Positions 38,471 to 50,360 of a stretch of 64,000 bases of DNA are shown here, in pieces. The notes under the pieces are model-generated. The model saw nothing but the letters and a program-made list of their open reading frames with translations, had not been told where the DNA came from and did no database searches. How positions within the stretch are numbered: position 1 is the first letter of the stretch; every line of letters starts with the position of its first letter. Location: assembly GCF_006345805.1 (NCBI RefSeq), contig NC_042997.1, positions 210,924,001 through 210,988,000 on the forward strand. Direction: 5' to 3'. The position numbers were made by a program, and so were the translations under genes. Origin of the DNA: Octopus sinensis. Taxonomy: Eukaryota.

Positions 38471-38920
38471 GGCGGAGAGCTGGCCCAATGGTTAGCACGC
38501 CGGGCGAAATGCTCAGCGGTATTTCGTCTGCCGCTACGTTCTGAGTTCAAATTCCGCCGATGTCGACATTGCTTTTCATCCTTTCGGGCTCGATTAAATA
38601 AGTACCAGTTACGCACTGGGGTCGATATAATCAACTTAATCCCTTTGTCTGTCCTTGTTTGTACCGTCTATGTTTAGCCCCTTGTGGGTAGTAAAGAAAT
38701 ATGAAACATTAGCAAGCTGGGCGAAATGCTTAGCGGTATTTCGTCTGCCGCTGCGTTCTGAGTTCAAATTCCGCCAAGGTCGACTTTGCCTTTCATCCAT
38801 TCGGGGTCGATTAAATAAGTACCAGTTATGCACTGGGGTCGATGTAATCGACTTAATCTCTTTGTGTGTCCTTGTTTGTCCCCTCTATGTTTATTCCCTT
38901 GACGGCAATAAAGAAATAAA
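38471..38920 (+). mobile_element. SINE family B, two units in tandem
   Basis: Family homology; the second unit starts at about 38702. Confidence 0.85.
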
Positions 38921-39699
38921 TATTTTACCTTTAGAATTCAACCTGTCTTCTATTCATTGAAAGATATTATGGATCAAACTACAATTCTGTCGTGTCCTGA
39001 ATAATATATCGGCTAAATAGGGTTATTTCAACGTACCCGTCCATCTTTCTGTATATGAAATGGTTAGTTGAAATGTAGGTGTAGAAGTTACTATGTGCTG
39101 CTGTTTGGATCCATCTAACTGCTTGGTTTGTTCAGATACATCACGTGTTAAATTACAAATCTGTCATAATCTGATAAATACAAATCGTGGATTGGTCTAC
39201 GTATAAAGAATGCCTAACCCTTAGACTGGGGAAATGGTCAACTATAAGTGTAAGGATGCGCTGATCCAAATTTACTAATAACTCCTCTATGATATTCACC
39301 AATATAAGCAGTGTTGGTATAATTTGGTTAAGAATAAGATGGTGTAGAATTCCTCTTTCTTTGTAGTATTTTAATCGATTAAGAATGGGATTGATTAAAT
39401 ATACATAATTAATGCAGGGCAGTATTTGAAACGTACGTAGCTGATTAAATCATAAATATCTCCATTCCTTTGATTTTTTACTAAATGTATGTCTATGTAG
39501 AAGACATTTAAACAGCAAATCGAACTATTTCTCCATAGTTTGAAAACATATCGAATAGCTTTAATTGGTTTTCCAACGATAATGAAGTTCTCATTAGAAA
39601 TGTCTATATCATGTGGCCAATTCGTGAGCAACAAGTACCCAGTCTGTACCCAAGGGTACAACAAAATCCAGTCACTTCAAGATCTGGGCTTATTCGTTT

Positions 39700-40735
39700 G
39701 CATTCAATAAATGTTTAACACTTTGTAAGGGTCTAGTTTGACCCTGCCTGAGATTTGAAACCAAATCCACCGGCTTGTTGCGTGTCAAAAGGTGCGGGAA
39801 ATACTCCACACTAGATGATTGATGAAGAAACACTCCACGCCCTAGGATCTGCACTGGTCAAAGAATGGTCAGACCTTTGTTAAAGTTTACTGACCACAGC
39901 CGATATAACAGAGATAATTTTCTATTTCTTTCTCTGATGTGTCAGCTATGACCAAAGAGCAACACCGGCTCCTTTGAGTCAGTTATTACTGAGAGCCTCC
40001 TCCAATATGTGGCACTTGGTGAAGAATGGAGTTTGATATAGCTACTCTTATTTACACCTCTTGCCGTGGGGTAGGTTCATCTGGGACTCTCGACAGGATG
40101 AGGTCCAGCTTTGATTTAAAAACGCCTACATCTACTTTGTGCAGGTTCCTCAGGCTCTTTGGGAGAATATTAAAAAGCTATGGGCCCTTGAAACCCAGGC
40201 TATTGCAGTAACTGGAATCTTTGGCACTATGCAGTGTCATCCCGTTCTGGCATTGGTGTAGCTTACAATGCCAAAATTTGGTACAATTCCTTCCAGGATC
40301 TTCCAAGCATATATTACTGCATACCTCTCCCGTCTTCTCTCCAGGGAGTAGAGTCTTAGCTGTTTCAACCTTTCCCAATAGCTGAGCTGTTGCAAAGAGA
40401 CGATCTTCTTTGTGAATCTTCTTTGGATTGCTTCAAGGTCCGCTGTTAATTTCACACTGGTTGCTAACCATAGCTGTGAGCAGTAATCCAGGCGGCTGAG
40501 GACGAATGTCCGCCAGAGGACCATCATGATTTCCTTATCTCTGATTCTGAATGTTCTTAGGATCCATCCAGCCAGTCGTCTGCACTTTGTCGCCATTCTG
40601 GTAATGTGCACTTGGAAAGAGGTATCACCACTCATGTCGATACCCAGGTCCCTCACTGATTTAGGCTCTGGGATTGAAAATTGATTGAAATTCCCTGTGG
40701 ACCAGTGTACCCTGTAAGTTTCATAAACAGTTTTG
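39700..40735 (-). mobile_element. 5'-truncated CR1-group LINE 3' fragment
   Basis: Motifs SVRDLGIDM, AGWILRTF, VLSRLDYCSQLW, AIQRRFTK, LKQLRLYSLERRRERY and GPQLFN.LP (post-RT region). The 3' UTR boundary is approximate. Confidence 0.82.
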
Positions 40736-41958
40736 GACGCTGGTAGCGCAGGGCTTGGAATTTTTTGAAAATTTTTTTTCAGAATCGGATCCTCCATAAC
40801 CAAAAACGTGGGATTCCGTAAAAAAAAATTAATATATATCCATTTTACCGAAAGTTATGACGGAAAAATCGGATCTTGTGAATTTGCCGTAAGATCCCTC
40901 CCAACCCCGGCCCAGGTTCGTTTGCGCAATTTTTTTTTGTCATATTCGTTTTCTACACAATTGTTAACCCTCAGCAGGCTGGGCTTTTTGTTGTTTTTGT
41001 TAACGCCTAAAGATCTTTATATTAACCACCCATTTTTTTGTCCGTCTTTATTTTTATAGAATTGGAAATTAGTTGTCATCGCTCGCAGCGTCACATTCAT
41101 CGGCCCAAGGGAGATAATAATAAAATATTTAACTTATTATCTCCCTTCATTCTTACTTTGCTAATTTAACAAAACAATTAACTTGATAATAAGTATAATC
41201 AGTGTTAAATAGATCTTTGTTTGACTTTGACGAAAAAGTAACGAAATTAAAATTTCAAATAAATTATGGAAAGAATCGAATCTTTATAACTGAAAATACT
41301 GGGATCAATATTTCTTATTTTAGATTCGGTTTTTCCATCTGTGTTTAAAAATTTCCGAAAATCTGTTTCCAATTTCAGAAAACCTCAACACTTTGGACCT
41401 TAATTTCTCTGTTCCAAACTTTTCCTGGTGTCACATAACACATAGGAAAATATCGGTTCAGTATTGGTAATTCCAAATATGGAATGTATTCAAACAAGGA
41501 ATTGTGAAATAATTTTCCTTATTATTATTTTTTTAATCTAAGATGATATATCTTTAATATCTTGTGCAATTTTAACACATTTTGCGACTCGATTATGTAA
41601 GGAACTGCGTATATATATATATAGGGGGTTAGGGTTAGGGTTAGGGGTGTGAGAAAAGGGTTTCTTTTTTCTTCAGAAATGTAAACAAACCCACGTGGGT
41701 TTATAATTAGCAGTTATGGTACTTGTACCGTAAGATCGACTTAAATTAAGACTAATCTTTAAGACGTAGGTGTGAAATTTAAAACCTAAAGTGTAGAAAT
41801 GAGGGTAAGTTTTAAATAATTGTCAACCGGAAACATGTTGCCCGGATTTCTTAACCTCTCTACACAATTATAACAAGGGATTGTTTTCCTCGTTCACCGG
41901 TTTTCGCCGCCGGTGAAACACGAACTCATGTCTTTGATTTCGAATCCAGACTGAAGTG

Positions 41959-42345
41959 ATGGCAACAACAACATTCAAACCAAAGTTTTGGCGCCCTGGA
42001 GATGAAGATCCGAGATCTGTCCTCCAAGAGGAACGAGTCTATGAAAGTGGAGAGCAATATGCCGTCTATAATCCTTATTTATCGATGACAATTCAACAAC
42101 AGAGACAAAAGCTTCCCGTTTTCGCTTTGCGAACTCACATTCTTTATTTGGTGGAAACGTATCCTGTTGTTGTTATCGTCGGTCACACTGGTTGTGGTAA
42201 AAGTACCCAGGTACCACAGTACCTGCTCGAGGCTGGATGGGCTGGACAACGTTACAAGATCGCTGTTTGTCAACCGAGGCGGGTGGCCGCAGTCACTTTG
42301 GCCAAAAGGGTCTCAGAAGAACGAGGAACAATGCTCGGGGACGAG
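41959..42345 (+). CDS. DHX35: DEAH-box RNA helicase DHX35, coding exon 1 of 2 (129 codons)
   Basis: MATTTFKPKFWRPG...YNPYLSMTIQQQRQKLPVF matches the distinctive DHX35 N-terminus (KFWRPG, YNPY..LSIEQQRQKLPVF). Contains Walker A GHTGCGKST and motif Ia QPRRVAAV. Ends at a phase-0 donor GAG|GTCAGT (intron 42346-44409). Confidence 0.93.
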
Positions 42346-42379
42346 GTCAGTTTTTATGTTGCTGTTATTGTTGTTGTTG

Positions 42380-42770
42380 TGGAGTCGCAATGGCCCAGTG
42401 GTTAGGGCAGCGGACTCGCGGTCGTAGGATCGCGGTTTCGATTCCCAGACCGGGCATTGTCAGTGTTTATTGAGCGAAAACACCTAAAAGCTCCACGAGG
42501 CTCCGGCAGGGGATGGTGGTGATCCCTGCTGGACTCTTTCACCACAACTTTCTCTCACTCTTACTTCCTGTTTCTGTTGTACCTGTATTTCAAAGGGCCG
42601 GCCTTGTCACTCTCTGTGTCACGCTGAATATCCCCGAGAACTACGTTAAGGGTACACGTGTCTGTGGAGTGCTCAGCCACTTACACGTTAATTTCACGAC
42701 GAGCAGGCTGTTCCGTTGATTCGGATCAACCGGAACCCTCATCGTCGTAACCGACGGAGTGCTTCCAAAA
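42380..42770 (+). mobile_element. SINE family C in the DHX35 intron
   Basis: Family homology; inserted in the (TTG)n tail of repeat D, with ATTGTTGTTG on both sides. Confidence 0.9.
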
Positions 42771-43010
42771 TTGTTGTTGCTGTTGTTGTTGTTGTTGTTG
42801 TTGTTAAGCAACAAGACGGGTAAGAGTGATTAGGTGATGGTCTAGGGGTTAGGGGCGGGAGACGCCAGACCTTGGCAAAAAATAAAACTTTGATCGTCCT
42901 GTTGTTGTGGAGGGCCCTTCGTTGAACCCGACACCACTGGGAGGTGGCCCTCGAAGTCGCTGGAAATGGAGATCTCCAGGTCCAAATTCTTGAACGGCTG
43001 TTGTTGGTGC
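42771..43010 (-). mobile_element. Repeat D copy in the DHX35 intron (uninterrupted at the site where 32519 has an insertion)
   Basis: Reverse-complement match to 32440-32895, lacking the SINE B insertion. Confidence 0.75.
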
Positions 43011-44409
43011 TGAATATTTAGTAACGAAGCTAACAACACGATGTTGTATTAAATTATTTTAAAACAGTTTCGATGGCAGTAATTAGAAGGCAGTTTTCTA
43101 GTTATGTCCCATCATGTTCTGAGTTCAAGTCCAGCCAGAGTTACCTTCCAATTTCCTGAGTCCATTAAAATAAATGCCTGTCAGATACAACGGAAACTTT
43201 TGGGCCATTAATCGCACTCTCTCCTACAATAATTAACCTCTGCCTAAATAATGGTTTGTTTTATTTATTTTTGCCTAAATAATAAAACGTGGTTTGTGCA
43301 GAGTCGATGCCCGTTTCGATTCCCTGTTGAAACCGTTTTGCTTCATTTAAATTATAAATAGAAATATAGTTTCCTATTTTATAATCATGAATTACTACAC
43401 GACTTCTAATTAAGAATTATACAGGTAATCAGACGGTAGTGACTTCAGAGTTATAAATGGTGTTATTTCTTCACCACACAGCTATTTACATTTTCAATGC
43501 TCTCAACATTAAATATGTTAACACTAACTTAACTATTGTTTTTGATGTGGCTGGCGTCTCTGAGTAATCGAGTTTGACCTGCTAGACATAACAGCTACCA
43601 TACCCTGCTTGATTAGATATTTAGACACGAGTTGTTTAATTAAATATTTAGTTAGTCTTTCTCACCAGGTTACAACAAATGAGTTCAGTTTAGTTTTTAA
43701 TTAAATCTACAGAAAGTCGTCAAGGTGAAAAAGTTGTGAGGATGAGCTAGAGTGTTACAAATTGATAGGTCTTGGGTTCAAGTCTGCTGGAGGTATTTTG
43801 TGGCTGTTTAGCCCCAGGTCAGGCCTTACTGAGAAGATCCATGATCAAAGTTGCTCTGTTCATAATCATTCTACCTTGTTAGTGAAAATGTTTAATTATG
43901 AACCAAAATAATGAAGCACTTCTTTATAAGTAATAATGATATCATTTTAAGACATGGGCATGGCTGGGTGGGAGGGAAATTTGCTTCACACCCTTAATAT
44001 GGTTCTGGACAAATGTCTTCATCTTCTTTGTGTAGCCATGGGTTAAACAATACCAGGTGCATGTCTGGAATTCCATGGAGACAGGACCAGGCCTGCCATG
44101 AATGGGAATGGCTGTACATGTCTGTGTGTCCTTGTTTAAATGGTGTCACTTTATATGTCTTCTGACTTAGCAGTTTGACAAACAGAGACTGAAGTAAGAT
44201 CAAGTAAACAGTGCTCCAGCATGGCCACATTCTTTTGATCAGAATTCATTAAAGAATAAAGCATAATTAATATTTAAGTGTGTTAATGTATCTAAAAATA
44301 ATAATTAAAATGTCCTGATTATTATAATTGAATTCAATTACAATTAACCTTGTAGTTTGTTTTTTCATTTTATTCTAAACTTACAAGAAATTTTTTTCTC
44401 CAATTCCAG

Positions 44410-46119
44410 ATTGGTTTCCATGTTAGATTTGATCAGTGTTATGATGCTGAGACGACAAGCATCATCTTCCTGACTGACGGAATGCTGATTCGAGAGATTT
44501 TCTCTGACCCTCTGCTCACAAAGTACAGTGTGATTATGGTAGACGAAGCTCATGAACGTACTCAACACACAGACATCCTAATTGGACTGCTGAAGAAGAT
44601 TTTAGCTCGACGCAAAGATCTTCGTGTCATCATTGCTTCTGCGACACTTGATGCTGCTGAAGTTAAAAACTTCTTCAATACCAATTTAACAGATAATCCC
44701 AAGTTGGACACTGCAACAATTCTTAGTATTGAAGGACGAGGTTACCCCGTGGACATCCACTATGCCATTGATCCCCTGCCAAATTACGTCCAGGCAACTG
44801 TAGAGACAATCCTAAAGATTCACCATAATGAGGTCCCTGGGGACATTTTGGCTTTCCTCACGGGTCAAGATGAAGTTGAAACTGTTGTCCGTCAATTGAT
44901 ACAAGAAGCTAGAAGACTGGGCCAAGATGTCAAGATGAAAATGAAAGTATTACGAATGTATGGAAGCCTACCAGCATCAGAACAGCTGAAGGTCTTTGAC
45001 AGAACAGCAAAAACCACACGGAAAATTGTGGTTGCTACAAATATTGCTGAGACTTCTGTCACAATTCATGGCATCGTTTTCGTTGTGGATTGTGGTTTTG
45101 TGAAAATGCGTGCTTATAACGCAGAAACTGGTGTTGAAAGTTTAATCACTGTACCAATATCTCAAGCATCTGCAGACCAAAGGGCTGGCCGGGCTGGCCG
45201 TGTCCGCCACGGGAAAACATTCCGACTCTACCCAGAATCAGAGTACAATAAGCTGTCAGCAGCAACAGTTCCGGAAATCCAACGCAGTGAACTTTCCCCT
45301 GTTATATTACAGTTAAAGGCCCTGGGTGTGAAAAATGTGCTTCGGTTCAGTTTTCTCTCTGCTCCGCCTGCAATAAATATGTTGCACAGCTTCGAGCTGC
45401 TCTTTGCACTTTCAGCCCTGGATGAAGACGGGGATTTAACAACACCTCTTGGTATGAACATGGTGGAATTTCCTCTCTCACCAATGTTTGCAAAAATGCT
45501 CTTAACAGCTGCTGACTTTGAATGCACAGAAGAAGCATTAACGATTGCATCTCTGATGCAGATTGAAAATGTTTTTGTGTCTCCGGGTAACGAGAAGAAA
45601 GCCGCAGAACGAGCGAAAACGAAATTCAGCGTCCACGAAGGGGACCACATCACTATGGTCAACGTTTACAATGCTTTCCTTGAACACAACAAAAGCAGCC
45701 AATGGTGTGCAGAGAATTATCTAAACTTGAAGGGACTGAATCGGGCTTGCAACATACGCGACCAACTGAAACAGATGTTAAGAAAGTTCAAAGTTCAGCT
45801 GGTGTCGTGTGGTAATAACACGGAATCGTTGCAGCGATGCATAACAGCAGCTTTCTTTGCAAATGCTGCTCGTTTGCATTATGACGGCACTTATCGCACA
45901 ATTCGAAACAACCATTGTTTACACATCCACCCGACGTCCGTCCTTTATACAGACACCCCACCTAAGTGGGTGGTGTTTAATGAAGTCATACAAACGAACA
46001 AGGACTATATGCGAGATATCACAACAATTCAACCAGGGTGGCTCTGTGAATTGGCCCCACAGTTCTTTCAGTTTGGTACAGAATCAGAAATTGCCAAAAA
46101 AAGGGCCAAATTTACTTGA
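44410..46119 (+). CDS. DHX35: DEAH-box RNA helicase DHX35, coding exon 2 of 2 (569 codons plus stop)
   Basis: The acceptor TTTTTTCTCCAATTCCAG|ATT restores the frame: LGDE|IGFHVRFDQC..FLTDGML aligns with DHX35 LGHEVGYCIRFDDC..FLTDGML. Motifs DEAH, SAT, FLTGQ, TNIAETS and QRAGRAGR are followed by HA2 and OB-fold regions. Ends AKRAKFT* (TGA 46117-46119). Total 698 aa, uninterrupted. Confidence 0.95.
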   Translation: MGFHVRFDQCYDAETTSIIFLTDGMLIREIFSDPLLTKYSVIMVDEAHERTQHTDILIGLLKKILARRKDLRVIIASATLDAAEVKNFFNTNLTDNPKLDTATILSIEGRGYPVDIHYAIDPLPNYVQATVETILKIHHNEVPGDILAFLTGQDEVETVVRQLIQEARRLGQDVKMKMKVLRMYGSLPASEQLKVFDRTAKTTRKIVVATNIAETSVTIHGIVFVVDCGFVKMRAYNAETGVESLITVPISQASADQRAGRAGRVRHGKTFRLYPESEYNKLSAATVPEIQRSELSPVILQLKALGVKNVLRFSFLSAPPAINMLHSFELLFALSALDEDGDLTTPLGMNMVEFPLSPMFAKMLLTAADFECTEEALTIASLMQIENVFVSPGNEKKAAERAKTKFSVHEGDHITMVNVYNAFLEHNKSSQWCAENYLNLKGLNRACNIRDQLKQMLRKFKVQLVSCGNNTESLQRCITAAFFANAARLHYDGTYRTIRNNHCLHIHPTSVLYTDTPPKWVVFNEVIQTNKDYMRDITTIQPGWLCELAPQFFQFGTESEIAKKRAKFT

Positions 46120-46639
46120 AATATTTTCCCATGAACCAAGACTGTTTTGTTTGTTTAGATTTATGTAAAGTGTTTGTTTCCCTTAAGCAAGTGGTTAACA
46201 ACTTCACTTTGCAATTACAGGCTTCTGGGTTCAATCCTCCTGTGAGGTACCTCAGGGAAGTGTCTTCTCGACTCAAGCCCTCTCAGTGAAATTCTATTGA
46301 CAGAAGGTGCATGTGTCAGATGCCCTGTGCCACTCCAACAACAGTATACTCAGCCACATCACCTGCTGCCCATTTACTACCTTTTCCAGGGTCTCTTCCG
46401 TTGTAAATACTAACAGCAAAACTTTGCTGTCCTTCTTGCACTGCACTCACACTCAGAAACAAACGTCTCGGGGGCTGCTCTTTCTCCTAGCTCTAAACCA
46501 TGTGTGTGTGCGTGTGTAGATTTATATATGTATGTATTCACACTTTATACATATTTGGTTATGTGTGTGTATGTTCACGCATTATACATCCATGTATCAG
46601 TAGAATACATATATATTTCAATATATATTCATGTCTTCA

Positions 46640-46736
46640 TATAATATTTGTGTATGTGTGTATATACATACATACATATATATATATATATACACATACA
46701 TCATTCATATATATATATATATATACACATACATCA

Positions 46737-46772
<36 letters not shown>

Positions 46773-46779
46773 CATCATC

Positions 46780-46827
<48 letters not shown>

Positions 46828-46980
46828 CATACATCATTCATATATATATATATATATATATATACACATCATTCATATATATATATATATATACATACAT
46901 CATTCATATATATATATATATATATATACATACATCATTCATATATATATATATATATATATATAACACATACATCATTC

Positions 46981-47011
<31 letters not shown>

Positions 47012-47040
47012 CATACATTCACATACATACATACATCATA
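46640..47040. repeat. Compound repeat: CATACATCATTCA spacers alternating with variable (TA)n
   Basis: Roughly nine spacer-plus-(TA)n units read directly. Confidence 0.85.
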
Positions 47041-47947
47041 TATGTGTATGAGTAGCCAGAGAAGTACTCCTTGTGGAGTACTTACTACTTCTGAGGTTCT
47101 GCTAGCCAGGAAACATATGTAGTCTGGATTTTACCTTCTCCATTCTCCATTCCCTCAATTTTGATTTTTATTCGCATCCATAGCAACCCCAGTTACTAAC
47201 CATTAACTATAAAAAAAAAACTTTTTTCAGCTGATTGAACTTCAGTGCCAGTAAACCACTTTTGTTCCTGGGTGTTGTTTTTTATACCTTCTACTACGGA
47301 CTGCTTGAAGCTCACTTTCTTCCTACACCTTGATCCTTGCATCTTACCTTTACATATCATTATATATATATATATATATATGCGCGTGCACACACAGACA
47401 TTGTTCCCCATTGTTACATATATACTCACCTTTAAATATGCAGAGATCATTTCGTAATGTTATTGTGAAGTTCTGACTTTGTTGGACCAGAGCCCCATGA
47501 AGGGGAGAGAGGTCAGTCACATCAGGGGGTCAGTTGAGTGGACTGAATAAACTGAAATGAAATGCCTTGTGCAAGGACAGTCCCACCCGAACCACTGGGC
47601 CATGTATCTTCATTCACAAACAGACCTTATAAAATAATATACATATAACATTTATGTGTATTTATATTTTTGTTATGTATTTGTTGTTATCCAGTGCAGA
47701 TAATGGTGATGAGAAGATGATACAACAACAACAAATAACCTACCATCGAACTACAACAATTCCATTTCATTCTTCTATACTGTAAGTTCAAATCCTATCT
47801 GGTCTGAATTTGCTTTTCAGTTTTTCAGGGTCAGTAAAAAGTTTAACATCAGAGTTATCTTCTCCTTTCATTATTTCAATCAGATAAAATTTTTGAATAT
47901 ATTTTTGCTTTTTCAAACAAATGTTTGTCAATTAGATTTGGATATCA

Positions 47948-47985
<38 letters not shown>

Positions 47986-47994
47986 ATTATTATT

Positions 47995-48245
47995 GCAGGT
48001 GGCACGTAAAATGCACCAATCCGACCGTGGCCAATGCCAGCCCCGCCTGGCACCAGTGCAGGTGGCACGTAAAAAGCACCCACTACACTCACGGAATGGT
48101 TGGCGTTAGGAAGGGCATCCAGCTGTAGAAACACTGCCAGATCAGACTGGAGCCTGGTGCAGCCTTCTGGCTTCCCAGATCCCCGGTCGAACCGTCCAAC
48201 CCATGCTAGCATGGAGAACGGACGTTAAACGATGATGATGATGAT
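47995..48245 (+). mobile_element. VNTR-type retroposon with RTE-like tail, short copy (about 1 unit)
   Basis: GGTGGCACGTAAAA unit followed by GGTTGGCGTTAGGAAGGGCATCC...GGACGTTAAACGATGATG. Confidence 0.82.
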
Positions 48246-48519
48246 TATCATTATTATTGTTGTTGTTGTTGTTGTTGTTATTGAATGAGAGAGCAGTGCA
48301 TGCTATCAAAGTGATGCTGGGGTACAAATATACGAAACCCAATATACCCATCATGATAAGGGTACACCAGGCACATGCATCACAACCATATGTGCACAAC
48401 ATGGTGATCTCATATCAAGATAAACAGTGCATGACCTTGCGGGTGGTGCCCAGTTAGAATTTTCTTCGGGTCGAGTAACCCATCCCACTCAAAAGGTCCC
48501 TGAATACTATTATTATAAT

Positions 48520-48790
48520 TCATATACACTCAAAAGATTAGACTGTTGAAAAGAAAAATTCCTAACATCAGGCTACAACAGAATAACCTTAGATGCCAAG
48601 AACCCTCCTAGGCATCCAAGCTGTCCCTAATAACACTTTTTTCTGGAGCCGTACTAAATTATGTGTTATGCCTATTTCCTCTATCCATCTGTTCGAATCT
48701 TTAGCGATAGTTCCCAATGCACCCATAACTACTGGGATACATTTTACCCGCACTTTCCATAGTCTCTGTAATTCAATAGCAAAGAAATTA
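48520..48790 (-). mobile_element. R4/Dong-type LINE 3' end fragment
   Basis: The minus strand reads IELQRLWKVRVKCIPVVMGALGTI...LQKKVLLGTAWMPRRVL. Confidence 0.7.
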
Positions 48791-48993
48791 GATTTGGTTG
48801 AGCAGGTTTAGGTAGTCTTAGTAAAGGGAGGTAACTTATAAGTTAGCTCCCTTGACCAACAGGCAGTTTTGAAATGCAAGGCTGTTCATAGCGGAAACGT
48901 CTTCTTTAACCCTAGGTTCGATAGATTCACAACTGGACATGCCATTTGCAGTTACTTAATATATGCTGGATGTGATATATATCATATACATAC

Positions 48994-49302
48994 GTGGCTG
49001 TATGGTTAGAAGCTTGCTTACCAACCACACGGTTCCTGATTCAGTCCCACTGTGTGGCACCTTGGGCAAGTGTCTTCTACTATAACCTCGAGCCGACCAA
49101 AGCCTTGTGAGTGGATTTGGTAGATGGAAACTGAAAGAAGCCCGTCGTGTATATATATATATATATATATAAATTATATATATATATAAATGTATTTATA
49201 TATATATTATAGAAAAACCACTATTATGTAATTCAATTACATAATAGTGTAAAAAACCACTGTTATGTAATTGTTTGAGTTACATAATAGTGGTTTTCTA
49301 TA

Positions 49303-49353
<51 letters not shown>

Positions 49354-49414
49354 GGAATTTGATTTAATACTAAATTGAATTTTTCCCTGTAAGTCTGGAT
49401 TTATACTCCCTGAC

Positions 49415-49479
<65 letters not shown>

Positions 49480-50135
49480 TCATATATATAAGTACATCAA
49501 CATCAAAAAATCAAATGGAAATTGTAGTTGTGATACCTGTGCTGGTGGCACGTAAAAAGCACCAACCGATTGTGGCCGTTGCCAGCCTCTCCTGGTGGCA
49601 TGTAAAAAGCACCATCCATACATGGTTGATGCCAGCACCACCTTGACTGGCTTCATGCCGGTGGCATGTAAAAAGCACCATCCATACATGGTTGATGCCA
49701 GCACCACCTTGACTGGCTTCATGCCGGTGGCATGTAAAAAGCACCAACCGATCGTGGCCGTTGCCAGCCTCCCCTGGCACCTAAAAAACACCCACTATAC
49801 ACTCGGAGTGGTTGGCATTAGGAAGGGCATCCAGCTGTAGAAACACTACCAGATCAGACTGGAGCCTGGTGCAGCCTCCTGGCTTCCCAGACCCCGGTCG
49901 AACCGTCCAACCCGTGCTAGCATGGAAAACGGACGTTAAACGATGATGATGATGATTTGTTTGTCTGTGTTTGTTCCCCATCATTGCTTGACAACCAGTG
50001 TTGGTGTGTTTACGCCCCCATAACTTAGTGGTCCGGCAACAAAGACTGATAGAATAAGTCATGGGGTCGAATTGTTTAACGAAAGGCAGTGCTCCAGCAT
50101 GGCCGCAGTCAAATAACTGAAACAAATAAAAGAAT
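48994..50135 (+). mobile_element. SINE family A split at its internal microsatellite by inserted sequence
   Basis: The 5' half is at 48994-49150 and the 3' half resumes at about 49957. Confidence 0.8.
49481..49956 (+). mobile_element. VNTR-type retroposon with RTE-like tail (about 3-4 units)
   Basis: TACCTGTGC start, repeated GCCGGTGGCATGTAAAAAGCACC units, the conserved tail and (GAT)n. The 5' boundary is uncertain. Confidence 0.85.
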
Positions 50136-50360
50136 ACGTGTGCCAACAAGAGAGAGAGAGCAGCTTTGCACGATGTTTGATTTGCAAAAAACAGCAGCCA
50201 TCATTTTAAGAACTGATGACATTTTAGATAATCTTGGATCTACATTGAGTCTGGGCAAAACAGGATGGGTTACTTGCATCTTGGACATAGGACTGCTGGA
50301 TCAGGGCTGGTCTATCACTAAACAGTTGTAGACTTCTCATAATAAAAGATTGTGACATTT

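Noticed and set aside
39000-39690. Unique-looking sequence with an 89-aa minus-strand ORF
   Set aside because: No recognisable motif, stops in neighbouring frames and no clear splice signals.
41620-41650. Interstitial telomere (also at about 9170 and 62126)
   Set aside because: Only 2-3 TTAGGG units; at 41620 and 62126 they are embedded in a MITE-family sequence.
42346-42405. C-terminal VSFYVAVIVVVVESQWPSG of the 41956-42405 ORF, and GTG 41956 as start codon
   Set aside because: This is read-through into the intron past the GT donor at 42346; the ATG at 41959 is the natural eukaryotic start.
44482-46119. 545-aa ORF as a stand-alone intronless gene
   Set aside because: It lacks Walker A; homology and the splice acceptor extend the exon to 44410 and join it to exon 1.
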